Shown here: in pieces, positions 52,219 to 60,078 of the stretch
Layout: each line of letters starts with the position of its first letter
Numbering within the stretch: position 1 is the stretch's first letter
Program-made: the position numbers and the translations under genes
The notes under the pieces: model-generated
What the model saw: the letters and a program-made list of their open reading frames with translations, nothing else
Database searches by the model: none
What the model was told of the DNA's origin: nothing
From: Acidimicrobiia bacterium
GTDB taxonomy: Bacteria > Actinomycetota > Acidimicrobiia > Acidimicrobiales > JANYDT01
Reading direction: 5' to 3'
Assembly (NCBI GenBank): GCA_025359845.1
Contig: JANYDT010000076.1
Coordinates: 307-64,306 of the forward strand
DNA length: 64,000 bases

Positions 52219-53052
52219 TCACCTGATCCCATGCCCACTCGGCCGCCGGAGGGCACATCGCCGGGTGGAACCCCACTGCGCCAGACCCCGCTCGACGGCG
52301 GCCACATCGTCGTCATCCGAACCATCGACTGCGCCAACTGTACAGCCGCGCCGGCGATGCTCGTCGGCCGATGCCGCGGGCCCGAGCCGTTGGGCGTCCC
52401 AGGCCAGGTGCGTGCTGCGACTCGACATGTAGTCGCACGACGCTGCGCCGGGTGAGCCAAGGAACAAATCGTCGCACCGCGATCTCCCATGGCGCCGGAG
52501 TAGCGCCAGGTGGAAGAGGGTCAGCCGGTCGACCGCCTTGGCGAACGCCGAGTTGCGCTGGAACCACTCGCCCAGCCCGAGCATGCGCGCCGTGCTGGCG
52601 CATTCCATGACGAAACCGGTTGGCGCCGATTCGAGCCCGTACGCCAGCATGTGCAGCAGCCACGTCGACGACGAAACCGAGCGCGCCGAGCCAGAACCCC
52701 TCCACGTAGACCGACCGGGGTTCGTGGCCGGCCAGGTAGCGCTCGTCGTCCGTTCCAGGCCATCACCCGGAGCCGGACCGGGAACTCGAACGGCCAGTCG
52801 CCTTCGGCCAATGGACCGGAGCAGCTCACACTGAATAAAAGACTGTTCGTCCAGCCGGTTCAGGTGGTCGGGCTCAATCGGCACTTGGAATGAGAGGCCC
52901 CGATCCGTCGTGGTCAGCGGTGCCACGATGACGAACGGAAGGTTGTCGCCGAATAGCTTCGACGGACCTATCAATAATGCCGGACGTCGATGGGCCGGTT
53001 CACCCGGGAACGGCTCACCGAAATCGGTGAGCCAGATCTCGTCAGGCGACAC
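52219..53052 (-). CDS. MazF/PemK-like toxin domain with ~165-aa C-terminal extension (possible read-through or fusion)
   Basis: The N-terminal ~110 aa (DEIWLTDFGEPFPGEPAHRRPALLIG...FVIVAPLTTTDRGLSFQVPIE...SFIQCELLRSIGRRRL) parallel the MazF at 50906-51340. The ORF then continues for another ~165 aa without recognisable features. Confidence 0.55.
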   Translation of the reverse strand: MSPDEIWLTDFGEPFPGEPAHRRPALLIGPSKLFGDNLPFVIVAPLTTTDRGLSFQVPIEPDHLNRLDEQSFIQCELLRSIGRRRLAVRVPGPAPGDGLERTTSATWPATNPGRSTWRGSGSARSVSSSTWLLHMLAYGLESAPTGFVMECASTARMLGLGEWFQRNSAFAKAVDRLTLFHLALLRRHGRSRCDDLFLGSPGAASCDYMSSRSTHLAWDAQRLGPAASADEHRRRGCTVGAVDGSDDDDVAAVERGLAQWGSTRRCALRRPSGHGIR

Positions 53053-53278
53053 CGTCGCCGACCGCTAGGTCGAACTCGTTCACGTAGGCCGCCCATGCTT
53101 GCTGGTCTTGGCGTAGGGCCTCGAGCTCCCGGGTGACGCGGTTGGCGAACTCGAGCCGCTCCAGCGCGTCCGTAGCGTCTCTGACCACGTCGATAAGTTG
53201 GCGACCGCTCTCTCGGCCGATCCGGGCGAGACGTTCGTGAACCGACTTCTCGACGCGGATCGTGGTCGTGTCGCTCAC
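53042..53278 (-). CDS. Ribbon-helix-helix-type antitoxin
   Basis: 78 aa. The N-terminus is TTIRVEKSVHERLARIGRESGRQLIDVVRDA (beta-strand plus two helices, RHH-like). The gene overlaps the start of the downstream MazF-like gene by 11 nt. The start is a GTG. Confidence 0.6.
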   Translation of the reverse strand: MSDTTTIRVEKSVHERLARIGRESGRQLIDVVRDATDALERLEFANRVTRELEALRQDQQAWAAYVNEFDLAVGDGVA

Positions 53279-53357
53279 AAATGGAGGCTACATCGGTGCA
53301 TGCAATGAGTCGACCCGCATGAGGCGGAGGACCTCGCGAGGTTCACTTGTGGTGTCG

Positions 53358-53474
53358 AAATGCGAGGACGTGAAATGGATCTCGGAGCGGCGCCTGATCG
53401 CCCGACTGGGGTGTATTTCCGGCGTCAACCTCTTCGAGATCGAGAGAAATCTGCGCTATCTGCTCGCTCTTTAG
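53358..53474 (+). pseudogene. 3-prime remnant of a mazF gene
   Basis: It encodes KCEDVKWISERRLIARLGCISGVNLFEIERNLRYLLAL, matching the last 38 codons of the mazF at 50906-51340. The sequence upstream of 53358 has no MazF similarity. Confidence 0.75.
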
Positions 53475-53533
53475 CTACTTCCCCCAGACCTCGTTGCTGC
53501 CGCCCGACGGTTGTTGAATGGGGGCGCAAGATG
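53358..53533 (+). repeat. Direct repeat copy B (~176 bp)
   Basis: Near-identical to 51224-51398 (see copy A). Confidence 0.9.
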
Positions 53534-53579
53534 TGTGGCCACCCCAGGTCTGCGGCCAAAAACAAACTCGCCACCGCGG

Positions 53580-54752
53580 TCAAGTCATGGCCCTTCGGAT
53601 GTAGTCTCCGAACAGAGGGACCGTGAAATCGATTTCACCGTGGCGAGGCGCGAACAGCAAGCCCCGTTTGATGAGCCCGTCGCGAAGTGATCCGAGTTGG
53701 GGAGTGGTTTTGCCCAGAAGTTCCGCGACTGTACCGGACCGGTATGGACCCGCACCTCCGATTGCGGCCATGGCGCGAAGGTAGTCGCGTTCCGCATCAG
53801 TGGTGCGATCGGCCCGAGCGCGGAAGAACCCGTTATCGAGTTCTGCGAACGCGACCGGAGTTGACCGTCGAACATCGGCCGCCGTGATTCGTTCACCGCT
53901 GGCCGCAGCCCACGCTTGCTTGCCGAATTCTTGAAGAAAGTACGGGTATCCCTCCGTAAGCCGAACGACTTCGGCGAGGGCGGCAGGCGCCCACGACACG
54001 CCCTCATCGCGAGCCGGTCTCTCGAGCGCCTCCCGGGCGAGGGCCGGAGCAAGGGACCCGACGACGGAGTATGAAAACAATCGCTCGGCGTACGACTTGG
54101 CCTCACCGGCCAGTCCAGGCAGCGAGGGCAGGCCAGCGCCCGTAATCAGAAATGGCAGATTCAGCTGAGCGATACGATGGAGCCCGACGATCATCGCCGC
54201 GAACTCGATCTTCGGGAGGTATTGCATCTCGTCGATGGTGAACATGACCCCGACTGACTGTGCCTTCGCGCACTCGCCCAGTTCGCGGAATAGACCAGCC
54301 AGATCGCGGTCGAGATCGCCGGAGTCTGCGACCCCGTGAAACGGTTCCACATCAATGGAGAGGTCGCCACCAGGAGCGGTGTAGCGAACCTTCAGGAAGC
54401 TCCTCACGACCCCGAGGCCCCGACGAGCCCGCTCCTTGAACCGTCCACTCATGCTCAAGCGCAACAACGCCGTTCGAGCGGCCACCGCCAACGATCTCGC
54501 AAGGTCGATGTCTTCGGTCGCCTCAATATGCTCGTGTATCCACCGTTGCGTCTCGGCGATCCGGCCGAACTCGTTGAGCAGCACCGTCTTACCGACACCC
54601 CGGAGGCCCGTGAGGATCACGCTCCGTTCGGCCCTTCCGGCCGTCAGCCGCTGGACGGCGACACTCATTCGCTCGAGGTGTTCATCGCGGCCGACCAGCG
54701 CGGGAGGAGCGGTACCGGCCCCCGGGCTGTAAGGGTTGCGAACTGGATCCAT
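53580..54752 (-). CDS. Orphan AAA-type ATP-binding protein (Orc1/Cdc6-like or archaeal-ATPase-like) with C-terminal winged-helix-like region
   Basis: From ATG 54752 the protein reads MDPVRNPYSPGAGTAPPALVGRDEHLERM...VILTGLRGVGKTVLLNEF (Walker A)...MFTIDEMQYL (Walker B)... The C-terminal part is GTVAELLGKTTPQLGSLRDGLIKRGLL. Confidence 0.7.
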   Translation of the reverse strand: MDPVRNPYSPGAGTAPPALVGRDEHLERMSVAVQRLTAGRAERSVILTGLRGVGKTVLLNEFGRIAETQRWIHEHIEATEDIDLARSLAVAARTALLRLSMSGRFKERARRGLGVVRSFLKVRYTAPGGDLSIDVEPFHGVADSGDLDRDLAGLFRELGECAKAQSVGVMFTIDEMQYLPKIEFAAMIVGLHRIAQLNLPFLITGAGLPSLPGLAGEAKSYAERLFSYSVVGSLAPALAREALERPARDEGVSWAPAALAEVVRLTEGYPYFLQEFGKQAWAAASGERITAADVRRSTPVAFAELDNGFFRARADRTTDAERDYLRAMAAIGGAGPYRSGTVAELLGKTTPQLGSLRDGLIKRGLLFAPRHGEIDFTVPLFGDYIRRAMT

Positions 54753-55240
54753 CGCTTCTTTATAGCAGTCTGCGGCACTTATAGGGGAGATCCGTAAAAA
54801 GTCGAAAGCTTCTACAATCGAGTTATCACGGAGCGACGACTGGATGAGAGCGCGTTTCACGATCGGTGCTGCTGCCCGGGAACTCACGCAGGGTCGCGAT
54901 GAACTGACGCATTCTTGACGGCTTTTGGCTGCCGATGGATGAAGTTCATGTTCATCGCAAAGGTTTCCAACCATGTCTTCTTGAATTCTTCCTCAAGCTC
55001 CGCGCCCGGTTCTGGCAGGACGCTCAGGAGCCCACGGATCAACGGGTGTTCCATGATCTTGGGTGTGCTCGCTTGTACTCGCGATAGGCGCCTCGGGCGC
55101 CTCCGATCCGGGTTGTGAAATGGCAGCCTTCGAGCTTCCCGCCGCCGGGTTGGTGAGGCGTCCTTTTCCGTACGCGAAGAATCCGGCGGACTCTGCCGAA
55201 CGAGCGAAAGCCTGACGAGCCGTGGCGAGCTGCTTGGGGC

Positions 55241-55800
55241 TCACGCCGCCACGAAGGTCACGCCTTGGCGCAACACGTCACCGTGGCGGCGGTCGATCAC
55301 CTCGATGAGCGTGTCGATAAGCCGATGACCCGGCGCCAACAACTCGGCCGGAGTCCGTCCCCCGCGGCCGATGCGGTCGGTCTCGAACGTGACCCGTCGC
55401 CCAACGCCTTGCCCAAACGGTAACGGCGGGTCTCCGACACCTCGTTGCCATACCAATGCGCGCTCATACGATGCGCCTCGTCGACAATCACCAGATCCCA
55501 CTCGCTCACCCGCACCTGCTTCACCAACTCGTCGCTACGGGCCAAATGATCGAGCCGGGCAATCAACAGATCATGACGGGCGAACGGGTCACCGAGACGG
55601 GCCGCGTCGATCGTCTCGCTGGTCAACAACTCGTCCTGCCACTGCGCCACCAGACTGCCGGGCGCCACGACAAGGCAGCGGCGCACATCGCCGCGCAACA
55701 TCAACTCCTTCAGCAACAAGCCCGCCATGATGGTCTTGCCCGCCCCCGGATCATCAGCCAGGCAGAACCGCCCGCCAACCCGGCGACGCTGGCCCCCTTC
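55241..55800 (-). pseudogene. Decayed SNF2/DEAD-like helicase remnant
   Basis: The minus-strand fragments are LADDPGAGKTIMAGLLLKELMLRGDVRRCLVVAPGSLVAQWQDEL and WDLVIVDEAHRM (motifs I and II). A frame break lies just upstream of the Walker A. The sequence then jumps to a C-terminal-like piece (ELLAPGHRLIDTLIEVIDRRHGDVLRQG). No helicase C-terminal (motif IV-VI) region is present. Confidence 0.6.
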
Positions 55801-56019
55801 ATCAGGTCGCTCAGGTCAGCGATGTGGCCTGCCCATCCGTGGCACGCCGATTCTCGGGCACGCCATGGCGGGGAAGGGTAGCCGGGAGCGCGTCGACCCC
55901 GACGATCTCTGCCGCCGTGACGGACGTCACAGAACGATCGCGAACCGATTCCGGAGGTGGGCCGTAGTGGGAATTCGAACGGGCACCAACGCCCGCCCCA
56001 CAGACCGAAAGGCAGTCCC

Positions 56020-56490
56020 ATGAATCGCAACCGCACCGCCCGCCGCACCACCACCGCCCTCCTCGCCATCGCCGCAATCACCGCCATCGCCGCTCCGGCC
56101 GCCCACGCCGCCGACTTCACCTTCGACCACGACGACATGACCCTTCTGCGAACCCAGGCATCGCTCTCGTTCGGCGGCGTCGACTGGGGTCAAGAAATCG
56201 GCTCCAACGTCATCTCCGGCAAGCTCAGCGGGGTCCTGACGTTCCACGGTGGCCTCGCCGGCTGCGCCAGGGTCGTGATCCGCTGGAAGAGCGGCAGCAG
56301 CGCCACCATCGACTCGGACACGAGCCCTGAGGTGTGTTCGCCGAGCTCGCTACCGTCGGCTCCGACCAGCTTCCACCGCAGCGCCCGCAATGCCGCCCTT
56401 CGCTCAGTCACGGCCGAACTCCAGGTCCGCAACCTCAATACCGGCTACCAGACCATCGCCACGAAGAGCGTGGGGGCCGGAGGGAACTGA
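56020..56490 (+). CDS. Secreted hypothetical protein
   Basis: From ATG 56020 the protein reads MNRNRTARRTTTALLAIAAITAIAAPAAHAADF, a signal peptide with an AHA-A cleavage context. A ~125-aa beta-rich mature part follows. Confidence 0.6.
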   Translation: MNRNRTARRTTTALLAIAAITAIAAPAAHAADFTFDHDDMTLLRTQASLSFGGVDWGQEIGSNVISGKLSGVLTFHGGLAGCARVVIRWKSGSSATIDSDTSPEVCSPSSLPSAPTSFHRSARNAALRSVTAELQVRNLNTGYQTIATKSVGAGGN

Positions 56491-56550
56491 GCACAACGAA
56501 ACCGAACGACCGTCGAATCCTCCAACCAACCGAACCGCAATCGCCACGCC

Positions 56551-56590
56551 GAAGTGCCGGACCCCCCACGGGCCCGGCATTTCGGTCTTT
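56551..56590 (+). terminator. Candidate intrinsic terminator
   Basis: A 10-bp stem pairs gaagtgccgg (56551-56560) with ccggcatttc (56574-56583), including one G-U pair. The loop is GC-rich and the trailing sequence is ggtcttt. It lies 60 nt after the stop of the 56020-56490 gene. Confidence 0.35.
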
Positions 56591-56724
56591 GCGCGCCCAA
56601 CCCCTTATCCGTTCGCGTGTGTGTGACGAACGCCACAGATCGAGCGCGAACCGAACGCCGTCCTGATGCGAAGTGGGGAAGCGAACCGGGTGGAAACGCC
56701 ACCCCGAACCGAAAAGGACTCGCC

Positions 56725-57405
56725 ATGCTCCGCTCCATCGCCCGCCTCATTGCTTCCGCCCTGACCGCCGCTTCGCTCACCCTCGTCGCCGCCGGCACCG
56801 CGCAGGCCGCACTTTTCATTCCGGCACCGACGGCGCCCGGATCGGTCCGCGCCGTGGTCATGAGCGCCAGCAGTGTCCAGGTCAACTGGGTCGACCGCTC
56901 CACCAACGAGACCCGGTTCATCGTCCGCCTCAACCGGTCTGACCACGTGTTCGATTTCAATGGCGCCGCCGTCGCCGGCAGCGGCACCCGCACCGCACTC
57001 AACCTGACCGACATCGCACCCGGTGCCTACGTTACGACGGTGTGCGCCGTGCTCCCGTCCGAGACCCAGTGCGGCATGCACACCACCTTCACGGTCGGAC
57101 CGCCCCCTAGCGCAAACACCGCGGCCGCCCCCAGCCAGCTGTCCTTCACCAGGGTAGGCGCCGGAACGGCAAGGATCTCGTGGGCCCATCCAGGAGGAGC
57201 CGCCAGTTTTCTTGTCTACGTCGCGAGCCCCGACCACCCGGTACCGATGCTGGCGGCGACCGTGGCGGGCAGCGAACGGCAGGCCGATGTCTTTCCTCTG
57301 CTCGCCGGCGTGAGCTACAGGGTACAGGTGTGCGCTACGGCATCGGGCGCGACCGGCCTGTCGTGCTCCGCACAATTGAACGTCGCCTTTCCGCTCGGCT
57401 TCTGA
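56725..57405 (+). CDS. Secreted protein with two fibronectin type III-like modules
   Basis: From ATG 56725 the protein reads MLRSIARLIASALTAASLTLVAAGTAQA (signal peptide). Then come PGSVRAVVMSASSVQVNWVDRSTNETRFIV and APSQLSFTRVGAGTARISWAHP...YRVQVCA (FN3-like). Confidence 0.6.
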   Translation: MLRSIARLIASALTAASLTLVAAGTAQAALFIPAPTAPGSVRAVVMSASSVQVNWVDRSTNETRFIVRLNRSDHVFDFNGAAVAGSGTRTALNLTDIAPGAYVTTVCAVLPSETQCGMHTTFTVGPPPSANTAAAPSQLSFTRVGAGTARISWAHPGGAASFLVYVASPDHPVPMLAATVAGSERQADVFPLLAGVSYRVQVCATASGATGLSCSAQLNVAFPLGF

Positions 57406-57454
57406 GCGTTTGAGCCCATAGGAGACCCCTCATGTCGCTTAGCATCGAGCCCGG

Positions 57455-58027
57455 ATGGACACGAACCGGGCAGAGGCCGACGCCGGCATTGATGCCCTCG
57501 CTGTCCGCTTCCGAGACGGCGATGCCGAATCGGTGCGGGAGCTGTACCGCCTCACCGGTCGGGCCGCTTATGCCGTGGCCTACCGTGTCCTCGGCAACAA
57601 GGTCATGGCCGAAGACGCGGTGCAACAGGCGTTCTTGTCGGCGTGGCGGTCGCGTGAGTATCTCGACCCTACGCGAGGCATCCGGCTCTGGCTGTTCGCC
57701 ATTGTCAAGCGAGCAGCGCTTGATGTGCACCGCCGAGAGCAGTTGCGGGCCCACGGTTCGGTGGAGGACGCCTCGGCGCATCCGGCACTGGTCCACGATC
57801 CCCCAGGTATCGAGCAGGCGTGGGAGGCCTGGCGGGTTCGTGAAGCCGTGCAGCGGCTGCCCGCTGATGAACGCGAGCTCGTTCGCCTCCAGCACTTCGT
57901 CGGCCTCACCCACAACGAGATCGCCGAAAAGCTCAATGTGCCTATCGGGACCGTCAAATCCCGTTCGCACCGGGCGCATCATCGACTGGCCGCTGACCTA
58001 CGCGCCCTCAAGGACGTGACGACATGA
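57455..58027 (+). CDS. ECF-type RNA polymerase sigma-70 family factor
   Basis: Region 2 is AEDAVQQAFLSAWRS...RLWLFAIVKRAALDVHRRE. Region 4 is LVRLQHFVGLTHNEIAEKLNVPIGTVKSRSHRAHHRL. Confidence 0.85.
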   Translation: MDTNRAEADAGIDALAVRFRDGDAESVRELYRLTGRAAYAVAYRVLGNKVMAEDAVQQAFLSAWRSREYLDPTRGIRLWLFAIVKRAALDVHRREQLRAHGSVEDASAHPALVHDPPGIEQAWEAWRVREAVQRLPADERELVRLQHFVGLTHNEIAEKLNVPIGTVKSRSHRAHHRLAADLRALKDVTT

Positions 58028-58770
58028 CCGATGACGACCTGCTGGCCGAATACATCGGCGCGGCGACCGAAGAGGAACGCGACGCAGCGGCACGAGAACT
58101 GGCCGATCGGGGCATCGACGCCGCCGACTTCGATGTCCTCGTCGGGGCCCTGCGCGACGAAGCGCAGTGGGTCGAACCCGGTGCCGACCTCGAGGACCGG
58201 ATCATGGCCGACGTTTTCGCCGAAGCCGACGCCCTCCGAACGGCATCGCCGGTCGTAGACCGAGCCGGCCCTTCGCCGGTCGTCGATTTGGCCGGCCCAT
58301 CGCCGGTGGTCGACTTGGCCGAACGCCGCGCTCGACGTGAAGCCCGAACCTTCCGTCGCTTCGCGCCGAAGGTCGTCGGGGTCGCGGCAGCCGTAGCCAT
58401 CGGCATGTTGCTCGGTCGGGTCCGCCAATCCGAGCGACGCTTCGATACCCAGGTTGCCCTTGCCGCCACGCCGCTCGCACCCGAAGCGTCCGCGACCGTC
58501 AAAGCCCGAACGGAGGCGGCGGGAGTCCGCATCGAGCTGTCGGCTCATGATCTGCCGGACCCGCCTCCCGGGTCCATCTACGAGGCCTGGGTCAGCGATG
58601 GCACGACGCGGGTGCCGATCGGGACGTTCTCGAAGGGCGGCGACGTCGTGCTCTGGTCCGGCGTGGCGCTGGCTCGTTACTCGACGATGACCGTCACTCT
58701 GGAGCCCCTCGACGGCGACGCATCGTCGTCGGGCAAGGTTGTGCTCCGCGGAACTCTGGCCAAGCCCTGA
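58024..58770 (+). CDS. Anti-sigma factor (RskA-like C-terminal domain)
   Basis: The gene overlaps the sigma gene by 4 nt. It has a central TM helix (VVGVAAAVAIGMLLG). The C-terminal part is YEAWVSDGTTRVPIGTFSKGGDVVLWSGVALARYSTMTVTLEP. Confidence 0.7.
   Translation: MTDDDLLAEYIGAATEEERDAAARELADRGIDAADFDVLVGALRDEAQWVEPGADLEDRIMADVFAEADALRTASPVVDRAGPSPVVDLAGPSPVVDLAERRARREARTFRRFAPKVVGVAAAVAIGMLLGRVRQSERRFDTQVALAATPLAPEASATVKARTEAAGVRIELSAHDLPDPPPGSIYEAWVSDGTTRVPIGTFSKGGDVVLWSGVALARYSTMTVTLEPLDGDASSSGKVVLRGTLAKP
58246..58326 (+). repeat. 27-bp in-frame tandem repeat, 3 copies
   Basis: tcgccggtcgtagaccgagccggccct / tcgccggtcgtcgatttggccggccca / tcgccggtggtcgacttggccgaacgc, encoding SPVVDRAGP-SPVVDLAGP-SPVVDLAER in the cytoplasmic part of the anti-sigma factor. 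Confidence 0.85.
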
Positions 58771-58789
58771 TCGTGCTTTCGACGCCGGA

Positions 58790-59100
58790 AGCTGGCCAAA
58801 GGTCGGTCAGTTTGGCCGAGCGGACAGCAGCAATAATGGGGGGCGGTCGCGTTCCTTCGCCCACTCCGGGTTGACCGCTCGGGCCCCACTCTTCGAGGCG
58901 GGTTACGCTGAAGCCGGCGCCGACCAACGCGTTTAGGGTTGTGGCGATCGTGCGGTGATGCTTGACCACGCCGTCGGCGAGCCAATTGGTGGCACGTGGG
59001 CCCTCGTTCTCGCCATGGCCGAGAACGGTAGCCGGGGAGCGGGGGGCGAGAGAAACGTCTCGACCCCCCTCAGGCTTGCCCTCAACAGGGGATGCCGCGA
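58790..59100 (-). pseudogene. C-terminal remnant of a class I SAM-dependent methyltransferase
   Basis: The minus-strand reading is ...GENEGPRATNWLADGVVKHHRTIATTLNALVGAGFSVTRLEEWGPS, which resembles the C-terminal segment of small methyltransferases (...HRT...LN.L..AGF...). No SAM-binding N-terminal half is present, no start codon is present, and the frame is disturbed after EEWGPS. The boundaries are approximate. Confidence 0.4.
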
Positions 59101-59127
59101 TCGCCGGAAGCGCGCTACGGTCCAGCG

Positions 59128-60078
59128 ATGGCGTTGCAACCGCTCCTCGTCGGTGAGATCCTCGATGACGGGGTCCGCCTGGTTCGACGCCATTTTGGGG
59201 TGTTCTTGCGCATCGTCGGCCCCGTGGCCATCCCGTACAGTCTCTTCTCGCTCGGCGTCCGTCTGCTTAGCGTGCCCGACGAGTTCGGTGTGTTCATCAA
59301 CGGCGGCTCCACCTTCCGGTCCCGCTCGATCCTCTTGTCGATCCTGGGCCTCGTCCTTTTCACGATCGTGGGGGGCGCCTGTGTGCACGCCGCCGGTGAG
59401 TCGATGGTGGGGAGGACGCCCTACGCTTCGTTGTCGCTACGAACGGGCTTGCGGCGGGTATTCCCATTGTTGGCGATCGGCATTTTGTGGATGATCATGC
59501 TCGGCCTTTTTGCCTTCACCGTCCTCGGATGGATCGTGCCTCTCGTCGGTTGCTGCGTCGCCATTCCGGTCTGCGTGTTCGAGCGCCTCGGCCCATTGGC
59601 CAGCATTCGTCGCTCCTGGCGCATGAGTTTTCGCCGGTTCTTCCCCACCCTCGCAGTGATCTTTTCGGGCGGCCTTCTAGTGTTCGCGTTGGGCTATTTC
59701 GCGGCCATATTCTCGGTCGTCAGCCTTAGTTCAAGCCTATCGCGACGAGGCTATGTGGTGGTTTCCATCGTCAACGCGGTGCTCAGTTTGGTGATCGCCA
59801 TGGTGTTCGTTCCCCTGATCGCGGCATGGCAATCCGTCACTTACACCGACCTGCGTGTGCGCCAAGAAGGCCTAGACCTCGTGGTGGCGTTGCAGGCGCT
59901 GCCACCGCCCTCCGCGTTGGGTGCGAACCCAGCCGCCGGTGCCGCGGCCACCGGGTCGCCATCGCGACCGGCCCCCTGGGAGGTCGCCACCCCCCCATCA
60001 TCGGTCACCTTGGCTCCAGGGCCTGAGTCCGATTCCACGTCGCGGCGGCCGCCGTGGGAGCGCTCCGGAGACGCGTGA
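59128..60078 (+). CDS. Multi-pass integral membrane protein (first gene of the DUF4129/DUF4350/MoxR/DUF58 set)
   Basis: MALQPLLVGEILDDGVRLVRRHFGVFLRIV..., several hydrophobic helices and a Pro/Ala/Ser-rich tail. An alternative ATG lies at 59092. Confidence 0.65.
   Translation: MALQPLLVGEILDDGVRLVRRHFGVFLRIVGPVAIPYSLFSLGVRLLSVPDEFGVFINGGSTFRSRSILLSILGLVLFTIVGGACVHAAGESMVGRTPYASLSLRTGLRRVFPLLAIGILWMIMLGLFAFTVLGWIVPLVGCCVAIPVCVFERLGPLASIRRSWRMSFRRFFPTLAVIFSGGLLVFALGYFAAIFSVVSLSSSLSRRGYVVVSIVNAVLSLVIAMVFVPLIAAWQSVTYTDLRVRQEGLDLVVALQALPPPSALGANPAAGAAATGSPSRPAPWEVATPPSSVTLAPGPESDSTSRRPPWERSGDA

Noticed and set aside
53296-53474. Possible small plus-strand ORFs (GTG 53296; ATG 53319 giving a 51-aa MazF C-terminal peptide), and a TGCATGCA palindrome at 53297-53304.
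   Set aside because: The product would lack the MazF catalytic core. It is more simply explained as the truncated repeat copy. The palindrome is only 8 bp, so its significance is unclear.
44953-59128. A search for integrase, transposase, tRNA or terminal repeats at the borders of the two accessory regions (22.2/39.4 kb and 45/59 kb).
   Set aside because: None was found by reading all six frames. The regions are therefore described as inserts on the basis of synteny and content only, not as defined mobile elements.
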